A stretch of DNA of 64,000 nucleotides from a bacterium (GTDB lineage Bacteria; SZUA-182; DTGQ01), in NCBI GenBank assembly GCA_040752695.1, contig JBFMGO010000015.1, positions 12,022 to 76,021 on the forward strand, read 5' to 3'. The notes below the pieces were generated by a model, which was not told where the DNA came from, ran no database searches, and saw nothing but the letters and a program-made list of their open reading frames with translations. The translations under genes and the position numbers were made by a program. This document shows positions 23,219-32,172 of the stretch, piece after piece; within the stretch, counting starts at the first letter, position 1; each line of letters starts with the position of its first letter.

Positions 23219-24340
23219 ATGCTTCAGAGAAAAAAATGGAGTGCTTTTGGACATATTCAAATAACTGGCCTTTTGTTGGCGATTTGGATTTCCCTGGCCC
23301 TGACCGGCTGCGGTACCGTGACTCAACAGGTCAAATCCTCGCTCGGATTTTATCCAGAGCAGGAACTGGCACAAGCTTTGACCCGCACGCCGGAGCAGTG
23401 GAAGACTGCCATGGGGCAGGCTGCTGCCGTAGATCCCAAAGTAACCGAGGGCCAGCGCCTGAATAAAGATCCTGCCCTCAACAAAAGGCTGCAAGCCATG
23501 GCGGACCGCTTACGGGCCGTTTCCCATGCACCTGAAATTCCGTTTCAGGTTAAGATTATCGAAAGCAAGCAGATCAACGCCTTCAACACGGGCGGGGAGC
23601 TTTTGTATGTTTATACCGGCCTCATTGATTATGTCAAGAGCGACGATGAACTGGCCGGTATTCTGGCTCATGAGATGGCTCATGGAATCGGTGCTCACTT
23701 GCAGAGAGAGCAAAAATCCATGTTTCTTCCGACTATTGGCGCAATCCTGGCTGACGTGGCTTTTCAGAACCAAACCGCGGACCAACTGATCGGTCTGACC
23801 AATCAGGCGATCTCCTCCGGGTACTCACGAAGGCATGAACGGGAGGCGGACATTCTGGCCGTTGTATATACCTATCGGGCAGGTTATAATCCTCTCAGCT
23901 TTGAAGAATTTTTCGAGAGGATGAGCCAAAAAGCCAGTCAGGTAAAGCAGGAGAAAGAGAAGGAGTTGCGCCAAAGCTATGCCAGCTTTCGGCAGACGGC
24001 TCAAAAGGTGAATCAGGAGAAGCAACGATACGCGACTTCTTACCACCGTTTCCAGGCTGATCCCGATTCTCCTGTGGCACGTCAGGAATTCCAGCAGGCT
24101 AAAAAGCAACTGGAGAAAAGCCAAAATCAATATGACAGCCAATCCCAGCAGTATCGCAAGGCTTATCAGAACTATGCCCAATCCATCAATGAGTTGTTTC
24201 CTATATTCCAATCTCATCCATCCGATCCGGAACGGATTGATATCATCACCAGGACGTTGAAATACTTAAAGAAGGAAATACCCCTTTCTCAGACACCTCC
24301 TTCTGTCCAGTACGTAATCGAAGCTATAGGGGAAATTTGA
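23219..24340 (+). CDS. M48 family zinc metalloprotease lipoprotein with a Gln/Lys-rich coiled-coil insertion
   Basis: Lipobox LTGC, INAF, HEMAH, YSRRHEREAD, SHPSDPER. Confidence 0.9.
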   Translation: MLQRKKWSAFGHIQITGLLLAIWISLALTGCGTVTQQVKSSLGFYPEQELAQALTRTPEQWKTAMGQAAAVDPKVTEGQRLNKDPALNKRLQAMADRLRAVSHAPEIPFQVKIIESKQINAFNTGGELLYVYTGLIDYVKSDDELAGILAHEMAHGIGAHLQREQKSMFLPTIGAILADVAFQNQTADQLIGLTNQAISSGYSRRHEREADILAVVYTYRAGYNPLSFEEFFERMSQKASQVKQEKEKELRQSYASFRQTAQKVNQEKQRYATSYHRFQADPDSPVARQEFQQAKKQLEKSQNQYDSQSQQYRKAYQNYAQSINELFPIFQSHPSDPERIDIITRTLKYLKKEIPLSQTPPSVQYVIEAIGEI

Positions 24341-24360
24341 GTATGTAGTGTAAATTAAGC

Positions 24361-24403
24361 GGGGGCCATCCGTGGCCAAAAGCTTGACTGGATGGCCCCC
24401 TTC
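24361..24403 (+). terminator. GC-rich hairpin after the M48 gene, probable terminator
   Basis: gggggccatcc...ggatggccccc-ttct. Confidence 0.6.
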
Positions 24404-24608
24404 TAGGGGATGATAAATGGGAGTGTTTAACTCCTTTATCAAGGGAGGGCAAATGGAAACTTATATATTCACTTTATTTTATTTTCAATTTATTTGCTGT
24501 TGAAAGCGTATTTGACCTTATAGACGTTGTTTTTGGATATTCATTACGAAAAATATCATAATTTTTATGAATAGGGATCACTGTGGATGAGCAGGGTCTT
24601 TTCACGGA

Positions 24609-24655
24609 CAGGCGAAGCCTTTGACATCTCCAGCAATGTCAAAGGCTTTCGCCTG
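24609..24655 (-). terminator. Long hairpin after the precursor gene
   Basis: caggcgaagcctttgacat...atgtcaaaggctttcgcctg. Confidence 0.65.
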
Positions 24656-24675
24656 ATATTCAATCTCCCTCCCCA

Positions 24676-25380
24676 TTAATAGGTAAGGGCGGAAGGCCAG
24701 GAAGCGGGCCAGGAAGTGGAAGAAGTCGTCGGCAGACTTATTCCGTAGAGAGCCCAGACGGTAGATCCAGGCGGTGTATAGGATGTATCAGGAAGAGTAG
24801 GTGCGGAGATCCCATACAAGGGGCCGAAAGCAGTAGTCGGGGGAGAATAGATTGTTTTTGGCGTAGGTATATTGACACCATAATAGGTAGTCGGGCTGGG
24901 GACTTGCGCGGCATAGAGAGGCACGATTTGCCCGGGAGAAGTATTTCCGGAATTACCGGGATAGGTGCCCCAGGGATAAGATCCAAAAAATCCTCCCAGG
25001 ATATTCCACAAGGGAGAAAGAAAGCTGTTGACGCTGCCCCATAGATTCGTGATTGGACTTGACCAGGGAGAGGTATAGGATGTGATGGGATTGTTCCAGA
25101 AAGGGAGCGTGTTGTAGGGAGAATAACTGCCAAATCCGTAGGGATTATATCCATAGCCATATCCGCCCCAGCCTCCCCACGGGTACCAGCTTGTGGGAGA
25201 AATGCGGTTATATTCATAAGGCAGTGGAAATTCATAATACTTTTTCAGTTCACTGATAGGTGTAGGCGCTCCATAATAAAGTCTGAATTCGCTGTCGGGT
25301 GTGCTATATCCACTGTATCCACTATACAGCGATTGAGTGCTTCGCCGGTTTTCCAGTTTTTCGAAAAAAATATGAGCCAT
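24676..25380 (-). CDS. Putative radical-SAM-modified precursor protein, Tyr/Pro/Ser/Gly/Trp-rich with 7 YG motifs
   Basis: Strong GGAAAGGAGGT RBS overlapping the rSAM stop region; last gene of the operon; motifs LYYGA, PYG, TYYGV, PLYGI, ALYGI (plus PLYAA). Confidence 0.75.
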   Translation of the reverse strand: MAHIFFEKLENRRSTQSLYSGYSGYSTPDSEFRLYYGAPTPISELKKYYEFPLPYEYNRISPTSWYPWGGWGGYGYGYNPYGFGSYSPYNTLPFWNNPITSYTSPWSSPITNLWGSVNSFLSPLWNILGGFFGSYPWGTYPGNSGNTSPGQIVPLYAAQVPSPTTYYGVNIPTPKTIYSPPTTAFGPLYGISAPTLPDTSYTPPGSTVWALYGISLPTTSSTSWPASWPSALTY

Positions 25381-25385
25381 AATGA

Positions 25386-26492
25386 TTACCTCCTTTCCTT
25401 TGCCATTTTTTCCACACGGTAAAGGCAATAAGGATTGTTGAAGATCGATCCTGAAAAGCAAAAAGCCGTGGACTTACAGCCTCCCCGGCAGACATGGTTA
25501 TACTCACATTCTTGGCAGTCACCTTCGAGCAGGCCGGTACGGAAGTTGCGATTGTAGGCGAAATTCCCCGGTTTGTTCCAGATGTCGGCCAAAGGCTCCT
25601 TGCGGATGTTACCTTCGATGAATTCGGGGCTGGAAGGCATGGACAGGCAGCCCTTAATGTCTCCGTTGGCTTCGACGCCAAGAGCCTGTATTCCGGCAAA
25701 GCAGCCGGTCCAGAAGGGAAGCCTGCCGGGTACGCTTTGCCGCAGAACTTCTTCATTGCGGCCAAAATAGCCGATGTTATCGGCAATATCAAGGCGGAGC
25801 CGGCTCTCCTGCCTGACCTTGAGTACAAATTGTTCGAGGAGGAAAAGGTCCTGCGGCTGAATGATGTAATCGGAGTGCTCGCATAGTCTCCCGCGCGGGA
25901 CGCCGATTTGCAGTTGCCAGATTTCCACACCCTCCTCCAGTGCCACCAGGTAGATCCGGTCAAGCTCAACCAGGTTGTCTTTGCAGACCGTAGTGACCAG
26001 GGCAGAAGAGACTCCGTTTTGGCGGAGCAGGGACAGGCTGTTGAGAACCCTTTGATATGCCCCTGTCTTTCGCCTAATTTTTTCATGGGTTTGCTGGAGG
26101 CCGTCCAGGCTTACGGCAACATTGGCAAGCTGAGCCTTTTTGATCCGCTCAACCAGGGCCTGATCCATAAGATAGCCGTTGGTAATGGCATTGACCTTGA
26201 CACCATACCCTTCAAGGCACAGGGCCAGATCATCCCAGTCTTCCCGCATGAAGGGCTCGCCACCCAAAAGGGTCAGGACTTCACAGCCCATCCGGCCTAA
26301 CTGATGGCATAGGTCCAGGGCTTCCTCATGGTCGAGTTCCTGGCCTCGCTCCGGCCCTGCTTCGGAGCCGCAATGAGCACAATTCATGTTACAGCGTAAG
26401 GTTAATTCCCAGACTACACTTCTGGGATAATACTTCATCTTATCCAGGTAATATCTGGGATTTTCCTTCAGTAGCTTGAGGATATAGCGCAT
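25386..26492 (-). CDS. Radical SAM/SPASM peptide maturase, PlpX/TIGR03913 (splicease)-like
   Basis: VWELTLRCNMNCAHCGS, GGEP, WQLQ, NIGYFG, FWTGCFAG..LGVEANGDIKGC, CxxC...CRGGC, NNPYC. Confidence 0.88.
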   Translation of the reverse strand: MRYILKLLKENPRYYLDKMKYYPRSVVWELTLRCNMNCAHCGSEAGPERGQELDHEEALDLCHQLGRMGCEVLTLLGGEPFMREDWDDLALCLEGYGVKVNAITNGYLMDQALVERIKKAQLANVAVSLDGLQQTHEKIRRKTGAYQRVLNSLSLLRQNGVSSALVTTVCKDNLVELDRIYLVALEEGVEIWQLQIGVPRGRLCEHSDYIIQPQDLFLLEQFVLKVRQESRLRLDIADNIGYFGRNEEVLRQSVPGRLPFWTGCFAGIQALGVEANGDIKGCLSMPSSPEFIEGNIRKEPLADIWNKPGNFAYNRNFRTGLLEGDCQECEYNHVCRGGCKSTAFCFSGSIFNNPYCLYRVEKMAKERR

Positions 26493-28566
26493 AAGAAATC
26501 TCCTGATAGACGTGTTCTGCCTCCGGAAGGAAACAGGGGTTTAACCCTTGAGCACGAAAAAGCCAGCAGCCTCCCCGGCACATTGGAAGGTGTTCACACT
26601 TTTGGCAGGCTTCGAAAAGCCCGTCCGGCACATTCTGTCGGAAAGCGGCAAATTTTTGTTCCCAGATTTCCTTGAGGAGATCGGTTCGGATATTTCCTTC
26701 TTTCTGGCCGGAAAACTTGGACATTGCACAGCCCAAAACATCCCCCTCGTGGGTGATGCAAAGGGTGTTCCATCCGCAGCCGCAAAAGAACGGCCCGCTC
26801 CGGATAAACGGCTCTAGCGGTCCGAGATAGCCGAAAGATTCCGATGGCTCTACAGGGAATCCGCGCTTTCTTGCCTCCAGCACGAAACGAAAGGCATTTT
26901 TGACAAGTTCGGAGCTGTTTCGTGCTGGTCTGCCATGCTGAAAGAGGAGTGGCTGAAGCTGAAGGCTCTGTGCTCCGGCACGAAAAACTTCCTCGGTCAA
27001 TTGCGGAAGCTCCATGATGTTTTCAGCAAGCAGGGTGGTGCTTACCGCAATGGAAGGGGCGCCTAGATCATGGAAAAATTCGATGGTTCGGATTCCCCGC
27101 TCAAAGGAGCCTTCATCGTTAGTTTCTCCCGTAGATGGCCGGTCAACACCACGCAGGCGGTTTTGTGTACTTTTAAAGCCATCGAGAGTGATGATCACAG
27201 AATCAAAGCGCGCCTGCTCCAGTGCCAGGAGGTTTTCTTCCGTGGCCTGGCCATTGGTAGTGAGCCCCACTTTCATTCCCCGCTGATGAGCGTGGCGGGC
27301 AATGGAAAAGATGTCGGGACGCAGGAGGGGCTCTCCGCCGGTAATAGAAAAGAATTCACATCCCATCGATGCAAGTTCATCCAGAGCTTTTTGGACTGCA
27401 TCCATACTCAGCTCCTTCGGACTGGCCTGGCTGGACGTGGTTTCGCAGTGAGCGCAGCGAAACTGGCAGCGGTCCGTGCTCAGCCATTGCACATACAGGG
27501 GCTGCAGCCGGCCGTCCCGCCACTCTTTTTGGTATTGAGTAAGCAGCATCTTATGCGGCGGGATCTGTTGGGATGCCTGCTGTGAAACCTGCTGAGATGA
27601 CTGCGGTGGAACCTGCCGGGATGCCTGCTGTGAAACCTGGCGAGGCCGGGGTTTCTGATTCCGTGAAGCGGAGTCATCCGGCACGGATTCATTCACAGAA
27701 GCCGGTGCTGTAGGTATTTCCTCAGGCAGGGGAGGCATACTACTCTCCACCTCCTGGATCGTTTTTTCCTGTTTATCGCTCTGAGGCTCATTTTTCTCTT
27801 TATGCAAAAATTCTTTAATTCCATCCGTAAAGGGGCCGACCAGGTCCAGGGGAAAGGGAAAAAGGATGGTGGAGCTTTTTTGGGTGGAGATTTGCCTCAG
27901 GGTCTGGAGATAGCGTAATTGAAGGCTTTGCGGATTGCCGGACAGAATCTGACCGGCTTTGGCCAGAGTTTGAGCTGCCTGAAACTCACCCTGTGCATCG
28001 ATCAGGAGCGCGCGCCTCTCCCTTTCGGTCTCCGCCTGTTTAGCCATGGCGCGCTTCATCTCTTCGGGCAGGGTAACTTCCTTGATTTCGACAATGGGAA
28101 TGGCGATTCCCCAGGGGGCTGTGGTAATAGTGATGATTTGCTGCAACCTTTGATTGATACTGGTCTGCTGACTGAGCAGGTCATCCAGCTCCACCTGGCC
28201 AAGGACACTGCGCAAAGTGGTCTGGGCGATCAGGAATGTGGACTGGTAGATGTTTTGAATGCCAACGACCGCTCTGGCCGGATCAGTGATATTGAAGTAA
28301 ACGACCGCATCCACCGTTACCGGAACATTATCTTTGGTCATGATGTCCTGGCGGGGAACATCTACGGATACCAGCCGTAAGTCGATCCTCTGCATCCGGT
28401 CAACCAGCGGTATCAGGAAAACCAATCCAGGCCCCTTGGTGCCTGCCAATTTTCCCAGCCGAAAGATGACTGCACGCTCATATTCTTTCAGTATCCTGAC
28501 AGCAGAGCAAACAAGGGCGGCCAAAGCCATGAGATAAAGAAAAGTCTTTAAATATTCCAACTGCAT
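26440..28566 (-). CDS. Fusion: N-terminal stomatin-like SPFH domain + Gln/Pro linker + radical SAM/SPASM domain
   Basis: SPFH: EYERAVIFRLG, TKDNVPVTVDAVVY, AQTTLRSVLG, LRYLQTL; rSAM: CQFRCAHC, TGGEPLLR, FCGCG...GC, CQKC...CRGGC; one uninterrupted frame. Confidence 0.88.
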   Translation of the reverse strand: MQLEYLKTFLYLMALAALVCSAVRILKEYERAVIFRLGKLAGTKGPGLVFLIPLVDRMQRIDLRLVSVDVPRQDIMTKDNVPVTVDAVVYFNITDPARAVVGIQNIYQSTFLIAQTTLRSVLGQVELDDLLSQQTSINQRLQQIITITTAPWGIAIPIVEIKEVTLPEEMKRAMAKQAETERERRALLIDAQGEFQAAQTLAKAGQILSGNPQSLQLRYLQTLRQISTQKSSTILFPFPLDLVGPFTDGIKEFLHKEKNEPQSDKQEKTIQEVESSMPPLPEEIPTAPASVNESVPDDSASRNQKPRPRQVSQQASRQVPPQSSQQVSQQASQQIPPHKMLLTQYQKEWRDGRLQPLYVQWLSTDRCQFRCAHCETTSSQASPKELSMDAVQKALDELASMGCEFFSITGGEPLLRPDIFSIARHAHQRGMKVGLTTNGQATEENLLALEQARFDSVIITLDGFKSTQNRLRGVDRPSTGETNDEGSFERGIRTIEFFHDLGAPSIAVSTTLLAENIMELPQLTEEVFRAGAQSLQLQPLLFQHGRPARNSSELVKNAFRFVLEARKRGFPVEPSESFGYLGPLEPFIRSGPFFCGCGWNTLCITHEGDVLGCAMSKFSGQKEGNIRTDLLKEIWEQKFAAFRQNVPDGLFEACQKCEHLPMCRGGCWLFRAQGLNPCFLPEAEHVYQEISYALYPQATEGKSQILPG

Positions 28567-28579
28567 AGGCATCTCCTCA

Positions 28580-29545
28580 TCAACGAAGGAAAGGAAGAAT
28601 AAACTTTCCCAGAATATTGGCAGCGAACCAGACAAGGCCCATTATGGAAAGGAGAGAAAAGATCAAGGAGAGCAACCCATACAGGGAAAGCCAGTGAAAT
28701 TCTCCCTTGACCAGGCGCTCCCGCCCCCTTTGCCGCAGGTTGACGGTTTTGGAAAGATCTGACAACAGCCAGTACCCATCTCCATTGACCATGGGGTTGA
28801 GAATAATGGTCCAGCGGGTGTATTGAAGGATCAATAAAGGGGTAACGTAATATTCCAGGGGAGGGGAATAGAGAACGAGAGCTACCAAAAGAGCGTTAAA
28901 AATCAGGTCTGCCAGAAGGCCGGCAGAATTAATGAGTAGTCTGACGTTTTGCGGCAGACACCAGGCCGGGTGAGTATCCATGTACACGGCCGGGAAAAAA
29001 AGGAGGTGGGTAAAACCCAGCCGGGGTGAAAAATAGGATCTGGCTACCAGGTAATGCCCCAGTTCATGCAGAATAATGGGTAAAAGACCGAAAAGACCGA
29101 TCACCAACCCTTCGTACCCGCGATTCAGGGTGACTGTGCGGGCCAGGGTTCGGAAATATTCGACCTGGACAGCGGCAAGCAGTAGGAAAAGAAAGATAAA
29201 GGGCAAAAGATGAATGTCGTCTCTCTGCCGTCCCATGGTGATTTTCCCCTGGCGGGCAGGAACGATTGCACCTTCCTTCTCAAGACTCACGATAAGGGAG
29301 CGCAATTCCTGCTGCTCGACTTTGTACTTTTGGGCAGCGCCGCTTACCGACACCCCGCCGTTCAGCTCCAGAAGAATCCGCAGCGTCAGCCAGTCTACGT
29401 GAAAAAGTCCCCGGTTGGGTGTGCGTATCCAGAGGGTTCCGTCATCCAGGGGGCCATACTCGAAACGGAAACAGAGGCGGTAATTTTCCTGCTCTGCTGA
29501 ATGGGGCGAAAGGGGAGGAGAGGTTTGGGGCGAAGAATTCTTCAT
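28580..29545 (-). CDS. M50 (site-2) family membrane metalloprotease with N-terminal PqqD/RRE-like domain
   Basis: LHELGH, NPMVNGDGY (NPxxxxDG), several TM helices; N-terminus three strands plus helices ending LEKEGAI; GGAGG RBS before the Met at 29545. Confidence 0.82.
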   Translation of the reverse strand: MKNSSPQTSPPLSPHSAEQENYRLCFRFEYGPLDDGTLWIRTPNRGLFHVDWLTLRILLELNGGVSVSGAAQKYKVEQQELRSLIVSLEKEGAIVPARQGKITMGRQRDDIHLLPFIFLFLLLAAVQVEYFRTLARTVTLNRGYEGLVIGLFGLLPIILHELGHYLVARSYFSPRLGFTHLLFFPAVYMDTHPAWCLPQNVRLLINSAGLLADLIFNALLVALVLYSPPLEYYVTPLLILQYTRWTIILNPMVNGDGYWLLSDLSKTVNLRQRGRERLVKGEFHWLSLYGLLSLIFSLLSIMGLVWFAANILGKFILPFLR

Positions 29546-29811
29546 CTCCTTATCCTCCTTCAATAGGGAAGTTTGATTGTCATGTCGAAATCTCAGTAAA
29601 CCTAAGGCTGCCACAAGAAACGTACAATACACAACAAGTGATACCGGTAATACATGCACATCAATACTTTTACATCGGGGGGATTTTTTGCCGGATATCT
29701 ATGCATCTACAGTAGACGACGGTTTTGAGAGAAAAACATTATGGAGAAAATTCCTTACGGAAGCAATTCCTGCCGGAAAAATTATCCCGATCCTGCCATT
29801 CTCCTTTGTTA

Positions 29812-30459
29812 TTACCCGTAAAAAAGGGAATAAGAAGGGCACAGTTCCGCCACAGGGCATCGGGGACAGAGGGGTTTTGGTGCCTTGCAGATTTGCCGGC
29901 CATGAAAGATGAGAAGATGGGAAAACAAGGTCCACTCTTCCCGTGGGATGATTTTCATTAATTCCTGCTCGATCTTATCAGGATCTTTTTGGCTGGTCAG
30001 CCCGAGTCTTGCCGCCACGCGCTTGACGTGGGTATCCACAACCAGTGCCGGGATGTGAAAAGCATTGCCGAGAACTACATTGGCGGTTTTGCGGCCTACT
30101 CCGGGCAATCGGGTCAGATCCTCGATCTTTTCGGGAACCTCGCCATGGAATTTACTCTCCAGCAGTTCACAGCAGGCCTTGATGTTTTTGGCCTTATTAT
30201 GGAAAAATCCAGTGGGCCGGATATCCTGCTCCAGCTCGGTGAGGTCAGCCTTTGCATATGCCTTTGCAGAAGGATATTTGACAAATAGTTTTTCGCTTAC
30301 CTCATTTACCCGCGTATCCGTGCATTGGGCCGAGAGAATGGTAGCAATGAGCAGTTCCAGCGCAGAAGAAAAATGCAGAGCGGTTTTGGCATCAGGATAG
30401 GTTTTTTTTAATATGGAGATGATTTTTGCGATCCTCTCCGGTTCAGCATCTATTTTCAT
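29812..30459 (-). CDS. nth: Endonuclease III
   Basis: LIATILSAQCTD, HhH LPGVGRKTANVV, VDTHV, C-x6-C-x2-C-x5-C cluster. Confidence 0.97.
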   Translation of the reverse strand: MKIDAEPERIAKIISILKKTYPDAKTALHFSSALELLIATILSAQCTDTRVNEVSEKLFVKYPSAKAYAKADLTELEQDIRPTGFFHNKAKNIKACCELLESKFHGEVPEKIEDLTRLPGVGRKTANVVLGNAFHIPALVVDTHVKRVAARLGLTSQKDPDKIEQELMKIIPREEWTLFSHLLIFHGRQICKAPKPLCPRCPVAELCPSYSLFYG

Positions 30460-30586
30460 AATTTCATAATTATATTATAATTATATAATTCATGATACAC
30501 CATATGTTTTTAGATCCTCCGGATCATATGGTTCTTAAACCTATTCTAACCAACAGGCCCTCACCCTGTCAACCTGTTCTCTCACG

Positions 30587-31741
30587 TTATTTTCCTGTTT
30601 TATCCTTTTTGTGCTTATGGCTGCTGCCGCCGTGTTCCTGTTCACAGGTACAGGAGCTGCAACCGGCCCGCTCCAAAGAAGAAGGACGAGTCATCCTTGC
30701 CCAGCATCGGCCCAATCCCTCCTGGATATGCCCGATGGGGCCGGTACAGCCGTATTTGCAGACTGATCCGTCCGGCATGATAGTGCACAGATGACTGTCC
30801 CTGGAAAGAATTTCATTGCTGCTGTGGATGCTTTCTCCAAAGGCTAATTTTAAACAGGGAGCGATCCGCCCGGCAGTGAGCCCATAAAAACGGCATTTTT
30901 CTTCAGCGTTGTTGTCCCTTGGAACATTGATTCCCCACTCCTTCACTCCCATCTTATGGAGGAGAAAGGAGAGTTGCTCGATTTCATCAAGATTATCCTG
31001 GTGAAGAGTCGTAGCCACGGAGACCACGAACCCCTCACTGCGGCACAGACCAATAGAATCGAGAGCCTGCTCGAAGGTTCCTTCCCCCCGGAGGCGTTCA
31101 TGCCCCTTTTTCAGGCCATCCAGGCTGATTCGTACTTCCTGAATCCCCTTGAGAAGACGAAGCACCTCTAAAGTGACCGGCGTGTCGATGATCTGGATTA
31201 TCTTTCGAAGCTTCATGCTGCTCATAAGTTCCAGGATTTGTTCTCTATCGGGGTGGAGCAGCGGCTGACCGGAAATGATTACCTTAAGGCCCTGGAGGTG
31301 ATAAAATTCGATCAATAATGTTTGGATATCAGCCGGTGACAGGTCCTGTAGCCGGGGTACATCAAGGTTGCAGTGGCTGGACTGGAAGCTTCGTCTTGAA
31401 GTGATCTTAAGGTCCAGATAGCGTAAGGATGGAGAAAACAAAAGTACAGGCTCCATGGGCCTGGGCTGAGCGTCGGTCCGCAGCTCCGGGTGCAGTTTCA
31501 GGATTCCTTCTTGCAGGCAAAAACGAAAAAATTCGGGCTCTGGCTTGAGCTGATCGATCCTTCGACTTCCATCGCATTGAATTAAAAATGCAAAGGCTGC
31601 ATTATCGATTTCATAAAGTACGTCTTTCTGGATATTATAGAGATGAGGTCTCTCCAAAAGGCGGATAGTGCAGTCCGGAGAGAGAGATACGTACCTTTCC
31701 TGTTTTCTTAAGATATCTTTGCTCTTTGTTGTGTCAGCCAT
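30587..31741 (-). CDS. Degenerate radical SAM/SPASM-like protein with N-terminal RRE-like domain; CxxxCxxC motif lost
   Basis: LRYLDLKITSRRSFQSSHC in place of CxxxCxxC, SGQP for GGEP, ISLDG..HERLRGEGTF retained; ORF intact. Confidence 0.7.
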   Translation of the reverse strand: MADTTKSKDILRKQERYVSLSPDCTIRLLERPHLYNIQKDVLYEIDNAAFAFLIQCDGSRRIDQLKPEPEFFRFCLQEGILKLHPELRTDAQPRPMEPVLLFSPSLRYLDLKITSRRSFQSSHCNLDVPRLQDLSPADIQTLLIEFYHLQGLKVIISGQPLLHPDREQILELMSSMKLRKIIQIIDTPVTLEVLRLLKGIQEVRISLDGLKKGHERLRGEGTFEQALDSIGLCRSEGFVVSVATTLHQDNLDEIEQLSFLLHKMGVKEWGINVPRDNNAEEKCRFYGLTAGRIAPCLKLAFGESIHSSNEILSRDSHLCTIMPDGSVCKYGCTGPIGHIQEGLGRCWARMTRPSSLERAGCSSCTCEQEHGGSSHKHKKDKTGK

Positions 31742-32172
31742 GGTATGTACTCCTTACCTATTCGGGCATCACAGGCCGCTTTTGTCCGGCCGGAAAGTTC
31801 CTATGATGCCCGATAAAAAATCCCTTTATGGCATGGCTTACGAAAAGCCATCTCACTAGCCGAACTTTTGAGCACATTTTTATTTTCCCGATTCCTCATT
31901 TCCTCAACCTCCGTTCTTACGTTAACCTGTTCAGGTTTCTCTTCCAGATTTCTTTCTTTTTCTGTTTATTACTCGGCCCTCACCTTGAGAGGGAGCTACC
32001 CAAAGAGCAGGACAAGAGTTCTCTTCTGAATGCTTTGATTGCAACGGCGTGTTCAGGATGGAGTTCATTTTTTCATCATTGACTTTTCTGCAACATTTTG
32101 TCATTATGTTATATAAATACATCTGACCTACAAATTCATGTCATTTATCATGCCCCCAGCATAAGGAAGGTT

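Noticed and set aside
24453..24503. 16-aa ORF METYIFTLFYFQFICC with RBS-like sequence near the RiPP cluster
   Set aside because: AT-rich intergenic sequence on the opposite strand to the maturases, after a hairpin; no supporting evidence
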